Assembly: GCA_951406725.2 (NCBI GenBank)
Contig: OX597815.1
Coordinates: forward strand, 122,574,001-122,638,000
Source of the DNA: Octopus vulgaris
Lineage: Eukaryota
Direction: 5' to 3'
DNA: 64,000 nucleotides
The notes beneath the pieces were generated by a model. That model was not told the DNA's origin and made no database searches. It was given only the letters and a program-made list of their open reading frames with translations. Below are positions 28,966 through 43,900 of the stretch, one piece after another. Made by a program: the position numbers and the translations under genes. Numbering within the stretch: position 1 is the first letter of the stretch; the number at the start of each line of letters is the position of its first letter.

Positions 28966-31900
28966 CATGTAAATATGTATATATGTGTACATGTGCATAT
29001 ATGTGAGTACATGTATGTGTGTATACACACACGCACTTTGGTACTTCATATTTCTACATATAATTTGTGCGGCAGGTATAAGATATCTAGTACATATACA
29101 GTATACTGTTTGAGGAAACTTATCACTTATACAGTATGATCATTGCTATGTTCTGTATTATTACCAGTCATTATTCACAATATTATGAAGCAAGAGATAA
29201 GCTTCTGATAAGTCAGATGTGTAATGTGGATTCAGTTCCAGATTAAAGCCATTTCCTTTTATAAAGGACAATAGTGTCTTTGGAAATATATCAATAACAC
29301 TTATTTACTTTCCCATATCTAAAATATATTTTAGTGTCAAGAAGAAGAAACCAATACATGAGGTTCAATTTCTCCCCAGGATTGATTTAAACATTTCACC
29401 TCTCAAGCAATTGATAAACTAAATAATGGGCTTGTGTTGAGATTAATTCAGTCCAGTGAACCTCTTCCTTAAAAATTTGTGCCATTGTGTCAATGTAATG
29501 AATTATTGTTGCTGGTGTGTATTGACAAGCAAGGGATAAAACAAATATGGATCTACTATATGAGGGTGAGTTTCAGGTGAAGTCATTTCATTTCATTAAT
29601 ACTGCTAAAACCTTATCATAACCTCTTCCATTTCTATGATATAGTGTTTGAATTTCAAGTTATAAAAATATCATAATTACATTTGGGGAGGGGTGATGTT
29701 ATTAAGATATAATTATTGTTATTATTATTACTATCTTTGTTATTATTTTCAGCTAATTGCATGACAATTATAAAATATATTTTTAAAATTTATTAAGTAG
29801 TTTTTGATTATTCAATGTTTTTTTTTTTATGTATTCCCTGATCAGAGAATGTTCTGCAAGTGAAAATATTTTCAGACAGTAGATGAGACTTTATAACTAT
29901 TTTATGTGATTACCTATAAAGAATTACAAGAAATTATTTTGGCAAATATGGTTCATTCACAAAGAATAGAAATAAAATAAAGCATTGGTACTTACACAAT
30001 ACAGTAATATAAGCTGATGAAGTCACTGTGCCAAATTCATTAGTTGCAACAACAGAATATAAACCTTGATCTTCGGGAAACACTTCTTCAACGATGTATT
30101 CAGAACGATAACCTTCTTGCCTGATATGAACGCCTGGTGATGGAGCAAGTTCAACTTGATTCAAATACCATTTCACTTCTGGAGTAGGTGTTCCACTGAC
30201 AAATACTTCCATATGGAGAACATGATTTTCAACAACAGAAATATCTTTTAAGCTGACTTCAAAGGAAGGCATCTTACTTTCTTCCACAGTTTCTGAAATT
30301 ACTTCAGTTACAAGGTTTTCAACAAATGTTTCCAAAATCTCAGGTACCTCTTCATATTGAGCTTCCAAAGTTTCAATTGGCATATCTTTAGCTATAGCTG
30401 TTTCAGTCGATGGATGTGTGACTTCAGTCAAATTTGGTTGTTCAAAAGCTTCTACAACAGAGCGAGTAGTGGTTTCAGTGATTGGTTGTGTTTTCACAGA
30501 TTGAGTATCCAACTCAACACCAATAACACTCAAGTTCAATGTATCTTGTTGTTTCACATTATCAATTACAGATGGTTCAAGTAATTCTTCAGTGATATCT
30601 GCCTTACTTTCAGAAGGAGCTGAGGGTGCACAGACATTACTTAGAGGTGATACCTCTCTTTCATCTGTTTGCTTTTCAACTTCACGTGTTAACTCATATG
30701 TTTTATGTTCCTCAACAACTTCTTCAAGTGGCACTGTTTGAGTAAGGAAGGCATCAGATGGTTTATATTTCACATCTAAATCTTGTACACTAGAAGGTTT
30801 TTCCATACTTTCAGTTTTATTTTCCTCCAGTTGCTTGACTTCAGGAATTTCAAATATCTCTTCAAGAACAACGCTCTTTGCTGTTTTAGGAGAAATATGG
30901 CCAGTAGTCTCTTCAGGAGCTGTCACTTCCTCAACAACTGGTTGAGATGAAGTTTCTTCATCCAATGATATTATTGAAGATGATTCAGTAAATTCTTCTA
31001 GTGTAATAGATTTGCTCATGATTGGCATTGATTTTTCAGCCATTTCTTTTACTACTTTCATTTCAGCACTACTAAGTTTTTGTTCCACTTTTTCAGCAAC
31101 GTTTACAACTTCTGGCACTTCAATTATAGATTCATCAGGTGCAGCTTGAGTTTCCCTTTCCACTCTCCGTTCATACTGTACTTGGAAGCTGGTTACCCCT
31201 TCACTCTTCAAAGTCTCTACAGGAGCTTCTTCAAGATCCATTGTAGTTGCATGTTCTGTCATTTCCTCTAAAGCAAATGCTTTTGCTGAGGTAGGATATG
31301 TTTTCTCAGGTTTAGTTGTAACTTGCTTAATTTCTTGAGTACTAGGCTTATATTCTGTTTTTTCTGGAAGATTCAATATCTCTGGGTGTTCTATCAATTC
31401 TATTTCTACAGCTGTTTTACTTTCAACAGGGAGATTTTGCATGTATTGTTCACGTATGGATGAAACTTCATCAGGAACAGTCTTTTCTTCTACTTCTTCT
31501 TGAACATCACTTGCAGTTGCCTCTTCAATGAGTTCTTGCATAGCAACAGTTTTAGCAGCAGTTGGTAAGTGTTTCTCAATAGTTTCAGTAATAACCTTAT
31601 CAATTTCTTGAACAGTTGTTTTTTGTTCAACACTTTCACTGATACTAAATACATCTGGATGCTCAATAGCAACAGTTTCAATATCTACTTTAGTTTCTTT
31701 TGGTAAAAGTTGATCAGTTTTATGAACAACAGAAACAATTTCCTGTCCTGAGGTTGTTTCCTGATCTAGTTCCTTAACATGAGTTACAACATTTTCAGGA
31801 ACATCTTCTGAAAGGAGTGTTGATTCAGAAATAATAGGCGAATCAATTGCAGATGTTTCAGCAATTACTTGTACTTCAGAAGAAGTTGTTTGTTCTTGAA

Positions 31901-34900
31901 CTTTACTATCAATATCAAATACCTCTGGCTGCTCAACTCTTTCCAATCCAACAGCTACTATACTTTCTTTGGCATGTTTCTCTTCAACTGTACGAACATC
32001 CAAAGTTATTTCTTCCATTTCAGTTGTTTCTTCAGGAAGTTCTTGTAATTGTGTCACTACAGATTCTTCTGTTAGTTCTTTCATAACAACAGACTTAGCC
32101 ACTGTTGGTTGTTGTTTCTCAACCTCAAAAGTAACACCAGGAATACTTTCAACATTTGTTTGTTCTTCAACTTTGCCATCAATAGCAACAACTTCAGGTT
32201 GTTCAAGACTTTCCATTTCCACAGATACTTTAGTTTCTTTGGCATATTTCTCTTCAACCTTATGGATATCCAAAGTGATTTCTTGTACATCAGTTGTTTC
32301 TTCAGGAAATTCTTGCAACTGTGTCACAACTGATCCTTCAATGACCTCTTTGATAACAGCAGACTTAGCGACTGTTGGTTGTTGTTTTTCAACCTCTTTG
32401 GTAACTGATTCTATTTTCTGAATATGTGTTTGTTCTTGAACTTTACCATCAATACTTACTACTTCTGGTTGCTCTAGACTTTCCATTTCAACAAGTACTT
32501 TACTTTCCCTGGCATGTTTCTCTTCCACTTTGTGGATATCCAGAGTGATTTCTTCCATGTCAGTTGTTGCTTCTGGAAGTTCTTGTAACTCAGTAAGTAT
32601 AGATTCTTCAGTGACTTCTTTCATAGTGACAGATTTTGCAACTGTTGGTTGTCGTTTTTCAGCTTCTTTGGTAACTCCAGGTACACTTTCAACGGTTGTT
32701 TGTTCTTCAGTACTGCTAACAATATGAAATACTTGTGGTTGATCAACACTCACCGTTTCAATAGATACCTTGCTTTCTGCTGCAAGCAGTTGTTCAACTT
32801 TCTCTTCAACTTTAACAATATCCCTTGTTACAGGTGTTTCTATTTTCTGTTCAAAGTCAAATATTTGAGGTTGCTCCAAGTCTTCAACCTTTTCAACAAC
32901 TTTCGTTTCAGTGGCAAATCCTGCTTCATGTTGCTGTGAAACAGAAATGACTGATTCAGATTTGACATGTTCTTCTGGAACTGACTGCAATTCACTCAAC
33001 TGACTTTGAACTGGGATTTGTATCTGGGAAGCTGCTCTAGCACTGATTGGTGATTCTACATCAGCTTTTTGAATACTATCTTTAATTATTTGTGATGTGA
33101 TCTGGAACTCAGCAACTTGTTTCTGAGTAATATCAGTAGTTGATTCTGCTTCACCAGTCAGAACCATCTCCACAGTTTTAGCAGTGTGATATTGCTTTTC
33201 AACTACAGTAGTTTCTGGCAATTCAGTAGAAACTTCAGCAACTGAAGTTTCTTCTTGAATCAATTTCTTAACTTCTTCATAAGACAATTGCTTCAATTCA
33301 GTTTCTTCCAATATTGGTCTTGGAGATGGAGCTTCCTGTGATGAAGCTTCTTCACTGTCAGGAATATATTCATATGCTGCAATATTGAAAATAAAGAGAT
33401 TAGACTTATGAACTCATTTTACCTACATATACTGAAACTATGAAATTTGTAATTTTTTTCACCAGCTAATGATTAATCAATCAATTATTTGTACAGCTAA
33501 TTAAGAAAAATTCTGTAAAATTACAACTTTAAAATACAAAATATATAAATAGATAAATAAATAAATAATTAAATTATTCATTTTCATTTACACATTTTTG
33601 TTGTTGTTTCATGTTGAAATAAAATTCATAAGACATTCCAAAAGCTTTCTAATCAACATAGAGATAAAATTTACAATGCAAGTTAATAGATGAGAAGCTG
33701 TTCATTTTGTCATGCAAAAGAAAAATTATGAATAAACATTAAGGATGAATAATGAATGAGCAAAAAATAAAAAAAGTAGCTGATTAAATCACAAATGAAA
33801 ACTATACAATGAAAGCTCAAAGAAATATATAAAGAAATTTGATAAAATTTATATGTATAGTAAAGTAGTCTATACCACTTTATTTCTTTTTTTTAATAAA
33901 ATTATAAACTCAGTTATTTAAGAAATTTCTAAGCAGTTCATAAAAATAATTTACCATTAAAATGAGATTATTCTAACTCTTGTAAGCATTAACAGTAGTT
34001 TTCATTGAATTTTTACAGTTACATAATTTGTAAAATCATTAGATTTTGTTTTGCTTATGTTTTCTTTTTCATGAAAGCTTCTTTTTAATTAATAATTTCT
34101 AAGTTTCTATTTCTATTCACAACATTCTCTTCAGATATAGATTTTCATGGGATTTCATGTTGAGATTCTCTTTGAAGTAATTACAAAACTAGTCACAGAA
34201 GCATAGTGCAGGCTCCTGCTGGCCAACTCCTATCCAACTGTCCAACCTATGCCAGCATGGAAGGAGGATATTAAACGATAATGAGGATGAGTATGATTAT
34301 GAAATATCAACTGCATTGGCTTAAAGTTTAATATGACAGATTAAACTTTATATTCAATTAACACATCCATGTATGCTTACTCAATACCCAATATACATTT
34401 CATATTTATTCTAAGATATTTATGTTATCTACTTTGCTTTAACCATTTTAATTATTCAATTTTATTTGTAAACAACTTAGGGAAGAAAAACAATAACAAA
34501 GTCACCACTATGCATTTCATTGTTGATTCGTGGTATATGTGTGTGTACCATATTGTGAATGTGTGTGTATGCATGCATGTGTACATTCATGCAAGTATCT
34601 ACATATGTACTAAGTCACTAAGATATATAGGTCAGAAAGAGAACAATTTTGTTTCACTGACATTCACAAAAGAAAAGGACTGAAAATATGTGAGACAAGG
34701 AATTTGTCTACTATAATAATGGGCATTGAAACTCGGTGTCATGACAAATTATGATTTAACATTGTTTTCATCGTGTTACAAATGATGTAAGCAAGAATGA
34801 TTGACCATTAACTAAATTGATGAAAAAGATAAATATTTCTTAGAATTAATGGTAACACAAATAATTTGTTACACACCTCAAGATAATAAATATTTAAAAA

Positions 34901-37900
34901 GTAGAGGGCTTCAAATATATAAAGGAAAGATTAGATGAGAAGCTCTGTGTTTCAGAGTGATAAAAAAGATACTTTTAAAATTTTGTCATCCTATCATTTG
35001 CATTATTTCTTAACACAAGCATTTAATTTATCTTTCAGGTATTCATTTCACTGATTAGACATATTTGCACTTGAAAATAAATCTAACATTTTGCAGATAT
35101 GGTATAGCCTGTTGTGGCTGAAGATTAAAATTAAAAGTTAAATGCAAGATCTTAAATGTAATTTTTTGGGGGGGGCGGGGGGGACAGATAGCAACAAGAC
35201 TTTGAGATCACTATTGCAAGTAGAACCACATATTACAAGAATTATCACAAGTTCCTTGATACCATAACCCTGAAGTATTAAGACAAATAAATTAGAAGAG
35301 ATGCAAAGCACCATCTAAAAATGAAGTGTGGAATGAGAATGCTGTAGTATATGTGACAGCATTGTCTCCATAGGTCTTACCAGATTATCCATCTAGTTTT
35401 AACAATAGCAAAGAGGAGGACCCAATAACGTCGAAGATATGCTTTATATAGAATTAGAATGATGTATAAATGAAATTAGGGGAAGTTAAACAATAGAGAT
35501 TAGAAGGCCATGTTTCATGGAAATTGGGAGATGTGTATGAAAGACATGTCTTTTCATTTGCTGAATCTGGAGGAAGGACTAGTACCCATGGTCCTTGTAG
35601 ACCCTTAATGTTCCTCTAGGACAGTGGGAAAGATATGAACAAGGAAGAAATTCCAGAAAGCTGATACCTTGGAAAGGAATGACAGAGCATAGTAATTAAG
35701 GGAGATCCTGGAAGCACAAGGATGGGGAGGGGTGATAACAAGGATGATGGAAAGAGGAAAGGTGAGTGAGTTGGGAATATCTGAGTAGAAAAGGTATTAA
35801 CACAGTCAGCTCCAAAGAACAGAAGCCATTATAGTAGCAAGTGAAAAATCAGAAAGAGCGTACAGTACACCAGTGGGTCAGGGCTAGAGCACATCTGTGA
35901 AAGCCTGCTTTTTATTTTTAGTGAGATATTTCCTCCAGACACTTATAGGCTAAAAAATATCTTTGTTTTTAAAGAATAACCAATATTCTAGTGAGCCATT
36001 AGTAGAAGGAGACTAATGTAAAGAATAATTTCAGTAAGAAGGAGAATAAATGTCCTCAAGACATGAAAACAAGTGTAAAAAAAAACACATGATGATATTT
36101 TAGCCGATAGGATATCCTACTATCCTATCATTTAGTAGAAAAATGATAGGATAGTAGGATACTTAAGTAGATTTGAGAGGTAAGATTTGAAGTAAGTAAT
36201 GAGTACTATTAATGGAATACTTTGCAGCTTGCACCTACTTCCAAAAAAAATTTAAAGAAATATTTGAAGTCAGTACTCTAGAAGGAGAAATAGTGATTAA
36301 ATGTGAATGAGTGCATACGCCAACCTTAAAGTAAATACAACTGAGCTATGTTAACTAGTTTCTTTTTGTTCACTATCATAACTCATCTGATTGCTTAAGA
36401 TTACAAAATTAAATATACATATAAGCTTTATTTGTATTCTTTGTTGTGTAAGATCAGTTACACAATTCTTCATTAGTTTTCATTGCATCAAGCAAAACTA
36501 ATGCAAAAGTATCAGTTTTCTATCATTGATTTTATGAACCAAAAACTCTTAGCAGTACAACATTCAAAGGAACTATAAACTGTTAATATGACTATGACCT
36601 GAATTTAAATTAAATCCCTAAATAAATGTAAGCTTGTAATAATATTAAGAAAAACTTTTAGTTTGAGGGGTTTTCAAGAGCATTCCATTTAATTTATTTT
36701 TTAAGCACGAGATTTAATTTATTTTACATTATTTCATGCACAGACATAGAAAGCTTCAATATTTTAATTACATAATGATAATGAAATAAAAATGCCTGTA
36801 AAGAAATAAATGTTAGTAAAAATGAATGCAACAGAATTATTTACTTACACTTACGAATAATTGTGGTTAATAAATGACAGATGATAAATGATGCTAATAA
36901 GAGATGCGAAACTTTTGAAAATCCTTTTAAATGTAATAAGTAAAAAGATTTCAAATCTAAATATTTATACTAAGAACATGTAACTTTCCGAGGCAAATAC
37001 TCAAGCAAATACTCAACATGGTCATGGCTGTCAATAGCAGAAGCATAATAATAATATGTTGTAGTTTCATTAGCAATTTTATGCATTATGCTTCTAGTGA
37101 TTAGAACAAGACAAGTAACGAAGGCAGAAACTAAATCTATGATGCTTCTAAACCTGCAACAATTATCACTTACATTCTATTTCCAAATACGCTCTGCTAA
37201 CAGCAGTACCTAGAGCATTGGTTGCTTCACATTTATATTCACCAGCATCTTGTGGGAATACTTCAGAAATCAGTAAAGAACAACTTCCAGTTTCCTTATT
37301 GTATGTACATTTGAAATCTTGGTTTTCAGAAATAGGTACTTCCTCGTGGTACCACACTATTTCTGGCATTGGCTGACCATCGATTTCACAGAGAAATTTT
37401 ACTTCTTCACCATCCATAACTTTCAATGATGTCAAATTCCAAGTAAATACTGGTGCTTTACCAGCTTTTTCAACTGGTTTCTCTTTCTCTTTTATTTCTT
37501 CCTTTATGACCTCTTCAATTACTGGCTGTTCCTCTTTTTTCAAAACAATTGTTTCGCGAGAAACTGAAACCATATCTACTGTTTGTGCAGGTATTTCAGC
37601 TACTTCTACAACTACTGGTTTATCAATTTGTGCATGTATTTCGACTGATTCTACAATTGGTGCATCGGTTTGAGCAGGTATTTCAACAATTTCTACAACT
37701 GGTACATCAGTTTGTGTAGGTATTTCAACAACTTCAACTGGTACATCAGTTTGTGCAGGTATTTCAACTGCTTCTACAGCTGGTACATCAGTTTGTGTAG
37801 GTATTTCGACTGCTTCTCCAACTAGCACATCAGCTTTTGCAAGTATTTCAACTGCTTCTACAGCTGGTACATCAGTTTGTGCAGGTACTTCAATAACTTC

Positions 37901-40900
37901 AACTGGTACATCAGTTTGTGTAGGTATTTCAACTGCTTCTCCAACTAGCACATCAGCTTGTGCAGGTATTTCGACTGCTTCTACAACTAGTACATCAGTT
38001 TGTGCAGGTATTTCAATGGCTTCTACAACTGGTACATCAGTTTGTGCAGGTATTTCAACTGCTTCTGAAACAGGTGCATCAACTGTATCAGGGAGCAGAA
38101 CTACTTGAACCTCAGGTGACTTCATCTTCATAACATGCTCCTTAACTTCAACTTCAATTCTTTGAGGTTGAAGAACAGGCTGTATTTCTTTCTGTGAAAC
38201 AACTACAGGTTCACTTTCAGGTTGTTCTTTATGAAGTATTTCAATTGTTTCTTTATGGATGTCTTCACGTTCAATAACTACATCATCCTTAGCAGGAATT
38301 TCTTCGGAAGTTATGTGAGTTGATTCATGAATTTCAGTTCTAGTTTCAGTCACAGGTTCACTAACTTGGAATCGTAACTCCACAGGTGTAGGTTTTCCTT
38401 CTTGATCTACTGTTAAAGTAGTAGTATGTTTCTCAGTAGCTTTTACATCAGCTGGAACTTCTTCAGTTTGCTCAAAATAAGAAGTTGTTGTAGATATTGT
38501 TTTAATTTCCTCTGTCTGAGTAACTTCCTCAGGTGCATCATAAAATAGATCAGTTTCAGATTCTCTTCGATCATCACATTGAAAGTCTACATGTTCTTGA
38601 TAGACAGTTTCATCGGGTAATTCTACTATTTGCGGCTGATCAACTATAATGGTTTGTTTATGTGTTTCATCAGATTCAATAGCTTCACTACCAGATGAAG
38701 CTGAAATGAATTAAAACGCAAAAATATTTAAATGTATATAAATTAATGTTTGACCACCACAAGAAACTAACAGTGATTATCTTTCGCAGATAAATGGATA
38801 TGATTAGCAAATGAAGAAATATGAAACAAATGATTAGTAAATATAAACACAGATGGAAAGTAATTTGAAAATATTCACACAAGAGAATTCATGAAAAAAT
38901 GGAATGTTATTTAATGTATTTATTGATCTGATTGTGTCATTATCAAGTTATCTTAAATAGAGGTATGTTAGTATAAATTGCAATTCTTGCAATTTAAAAG
39001 AAAAATTTTTGGTCAATCCAATTAAAATATATCATTTAATTATATATCTTCTTGACATAGACATTTTTTTCACATAAACCTCATGGATTAGAGATTTCAC
39101 TTACAGTAAGTTTACTAACATAAGCAAAGCAGCTATTTTAATTCAGTTTTGAAGATCTAAATCTTCCATTCATTCTGTTGATAAATTCAGTACAAAATCA
39201 ATGGGATACAAATGATACACATCAGGCTATTAAAACACTTATATCTAGTAGCTTTTTCAGTATCCTTTATCTATTTCCCATTTGTAAAGAGTAAAAATTC
39301 CAAGAGAGCCTAAAACAGATTAAAATTCAAAGATTGCCACAGTCTAGTGATTAAAACAAGTAAAAGCTAAAAGATTTTAAAAAGCAAAATATTATGGAAA
39401 CACCCTCACTATTCAATCATATATTCCTTTGATTATAAGAAAATTTATATAAAACATTTTCCTAAACATTTTCAAAGTATATTTTCTGTCTTTTTGTAAT
39501 TTTAACTTACTTGTATTCTATCTTTATATTTATGAAGTAATAGAAATAGTTGAGCAAACAGATTAACACTTCTGCATTTAAACTGGCCCTTTATCCAGCC
39601 TTAATATTTGACCTGTTTCATGTTCAAACTAGTTGGATCCAACCTCTCACACCTATCTTACAACATTATTCTAAAAATAAACTATCACATCATTGAAATC
39701 TTGAAGCTACAAGATAACACACTATTACTACAAAATTATGTGAATAAATAAGCATGACATTTGGCAGAGTAATCTGAAGGCTAAAGAGATGCTTCACTAT
39801 TTTCTCTATGTTCAAAATTCAGCTCTCAACAGAATCACCTCTACCTTTCATCCCAAATGACAATAAAATATATCTTGTTAATACGGAAGTCAATTGGATC
39901 AACTACATATCTAATCCAATGAAAAGTGGGTTTATATCTAATGAAATAATTCAATAATGATAATGAATTAATAAAATTTATTAGTATATTAAATAAAATA
40001 AATGGAAAAAGACACCAAAACAATTTTATAAAGATCCTTTGTAAAAAGTAAAACTTACATGTAACTGTCAGTTTGCATGTTGTTATTGTCTCACCATACT
40101 CATTTGATGCAGAACAAGTATATTCTCCTTCATCTTCAGGGAATACTTCCACAATAATGAGAATACTTTCTTTTCGTTCATAATCTACTGTAATTTGTAT
40201 ATCATTGGTGGATGTTATAACTTTGCCATCATAAAACCATGTTATTTTTGGCAAAGGTTGGCCAGTGAAACGCACTCTAAATTCTGCTCTATCGCCATCA
40301 TGAACAGTATATGGCTGAAGTAATTCTGTGAATTCAGGAGCTGCTGGCTCAGTAAGTGGTGCTTCAATTTCTAAATTAAATACATATAAATTGAAACTCA
40401 GTAAAATCTTATTTAAAAAGGTGTACTTTAATCAGAATATTTTCCTAACTTTTATGGTTTCCTGTGTAAATATTACTCTATTATTATAGAAATAATACAT
40501 TTCTAAATATCTCAGAGAGATTTATGCAGTAGTAGTACGATGAAGTAGTTGTATACTGTCAATTTAATGTGACAGTCCCATGAAGGGAATCATACTTCTG
40601 CTATTTAGCCCTAGGAAGCAGCAATAGTTTCTGTCAGCCTTGACACATTTCCTGTGTCCTTATGTTTGCAAGGGAGAGATAAGCACCCCCACCCAGCTAA
40701 GACTGCATCCAGAGACTAGTTTCTGAGTCTTTGCTCATCATCAGTCTGGTGTCAAGGCCGACAGGAAGTGTTGCTGCTTCCTAGGGCTAAATAGTAGTAG
40801 TATGATTCCCTTCATGGGACTGTCACATTAAGTTGACAGTATACAGCTACTCTATTATTATACTTCATAATTAACTCATATAACATCATATACTGCAATT

Positions 40901-43900
40901 ATAATTATAAACTATACTTACAAAGCAAAGGGATTTTATATGATGTCAATTCTAAAATGCTGCAACTGGGAACTATTATGTTATTATTAAATTTATCAGA
41001 GAACCAGTAGAATTTAAAGATTTAATCCCAAACATTTGCAACTTTTAACTTTATGTGCTAAAAAAATACATCATACTTACGTTTCATCACATTGATAGAT
41101 GCTCTACTTATTGATACACCCTCTTTATTTTCCATACGGCAAATGTATTCGCCAGTATCTTCATATGTTGCATTTACAATCAATAATATTGATGTATTAT
41201 GTTCAATAAACATTTTCCTGTTAGGTGTTGGTCGAACTTCAACCTCATTGATATACCAGGAGACATTGGGTTCTCCAGTCAACTGGCATATTAGTCTGAA
41301 ATAAAAATAGAAAGAATCATGTTGAAATTAAATAAAATAGATTTAAAAGTGTATAAAAAGACAAAGATAGTTACTTTATTAACAAAATTTGTAAAAAGAT
41401 TAGCTCTATAATGCTTAGTTCTATAAATAAAACTTAGCTCTATAAATAGAATTAAATCTACAATGAAATAAAATTTTAAATATCTACATATTTATTAAAT
41501 TGAGACTTTTCAAAGAATACATTTCTATATATTAAATATAAATATAGACATATATGATCATCATCATCATTGTTCGACCGTGGTTGAGACGATGGAATTT
41601 ACCATGCTACGCCAGACTTCACGGTCCATCATGGCATTACGGAGGTCCTGTTGCTGGATGCCTGTATCCCTGGAGATTACATCAGGGTAGGAGAGTGTGC
41701 ACCCTCTGGTATTGCGGGTAGATGGCTTCCAGAGGAGAAGAGTAGAAATGACTTCTTTTTCAGCTCTACAACAATGTCCAGCAAACTGGACTCTCCTACC
41801 TTTCACAAGAGATGACACAGGTGGTAGTTTCCCATATATTTGCATTTTGGTTGGATGGCGCTTCCATGAGAGATTTTGAGCTTTCATAAGGAGGCGAGTG
41901 TAGGTTCCATCCAGCCGCCTCTCAAGCTTCTTTGATAACGTCCAGGTTTCTGAGCCATATAGTAGAATTGGTTCGACTGTGGCTTTGAAGATTTCAAGTT
42001 TGAAGTCTCTACTTAGATTTGATGACCAGATCTTATGCATGTCATTACAAGCTGACCAGGCCATACACTTTCTAGTTAGAAAGTCTTTTCCAGATGATGA
42101 TATGTATGATCCAAGATATTTGTAATCAGAAACCATATTTAACCCTTTCGTTACTATATTTCTGACCAAAATACACCCCTTATGTGTTTCAATTAATTTC
42201 TAACATAATCATAAATTTAGTCTGGTTTCATTAAACAACTATAACTTTTTTATTTATCAATATATTAACGTGAATTTTGGAAAATAATTTAATGAAATGT
42301 TCTCAACCAATTCTATACTATAATTTTTGTCACAAAGTGACTTTAATTGCAGGTAGATACAGGTAAATTCAACAAAATATAAAATTATTAAAATTTTGTT
42401 CAAACATCGCTGTAGAAAATGGGTTATTAGCTAATATTCAATTGGGTATACAACAAAATTTGTTATTCTGGGTAACTTTCTGATACCCATAATAATATTT
42501 ATGGCAAAATAAGCCTTAATTTCATTTAAGGTTGTGAGAAACCACAAAGTATCCTTTCTTTCGTTTTGCTTACATTTAGCGTAACGGTTCGTTTCCGCCG
42601 TAATGATTTCAAATAGGCTCATTCGAAAAAGTAAAAAGAAATAGTCTAAGGCTTTACTCTTCTGGGAAAGTCTGTGGCTTGGTCCAGTTTCTTCAGAAAA
42701 ATCACCGAAAGAAACAGTTTTAAATTTTAACTCCATTCAGGTGCCAATTGATTTTCTTTATCGCTGTTGGAGCTCTCGGATTCACTGTTTTCACTTTCGG
42801 AAAATGAAACATCAGATTCATTATCAAATACCACATGCTTTTTTTTTTTCAGTCATAGAGTTAGATTTATCAAGGTCTTCAGTAGAAAATCCTTCGAATT
42901 CTGACTCGCTGCTTGATATAATGAAATTCGTATCCATTTTTTGTCAGAATTACAAATTTTGAAAACACAATAGGAACAAATTTCAGAAAAAAATCTCCCA
43001 AAATTCACGGAATTAAAATTACACTTCGATTTTTGTACAAAACTGTAGTATAATACGTGTTTTCACGAATGTACTAAAGAGATTTGCTCTGATATACTCA
43101 TTTAAATATGAATAGGTAAATTCGGGCGGCTTTGGGCGGTTTGGTCACATTAATCAAAATTTTTTTCGGGCGGTTTGGTATCGAAAGGGTTAAGGGCGCA
43201 TTGTTGAGAGTATGGATGATGCAATCACATAATATGATACTATATGTGATATATAAAGAAAGAAAAAAAAGCAACTGCCTAGCCTATAGAAGTCTAATCT
43301 TAATCTACCTCATCATCATCATTTTAATGTATTTCTATTAACTCAGCTATATATTTGCTCAGAAATTTAATATATATGTATGATCTTTTTAAGCAAAAGA
43401 CGGATGCAAATAGTGCTGTTTTTTTCCAGTTAGTCATGAAAATGTATCCAGTCTGTTTATTTTTCAGTAAACTAGAAAACTATTATCTTGTTTAGAAACA
43501 GGTGAGGATTGGAACCAGGAAGGACATCCAGCCATAGAAAACTCTGCCCAAATGTAGTCTCATCTGACCAATGATGATTATGATGATGACTTCAACATTT
43601 CTAAACAACTTTCATTTTACAATTACTTCAGAAAAAATGGTTCCTTATTATTATTATTTATGGAAACTTTTCCAATTCACAATTCTAATAAACAAAATTA
43701 GAATAAAATGATGAACATTTTCTATGTATAATTTAGGATAATTACCTGACAGGTTTTCCATGATAAACCTCAGTTGGTTCAATATAATGAGGTGACATCT
43801 GAACAGAAGTAATGTAACGTTCATCAACTAATTTGATGCTTTCATCAAGAGGAATGGTTGTCACAGATTTTGTTGTGGTCTCAGTTGTTGTGATTGAAGC

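Noticed and set aside
23202-32939. Plus-strand ORFs overlapping the giant exons (e.g. 23492..24265, 257 aa)
   Set aside because: Antisense shadows of repetitive minus-strand coding sequence.
41567-42169. 200-aa ORF as a host gene
   Set aside because: RTE LINE ORF2 remnant whose start lies in the piggyBac terminus.
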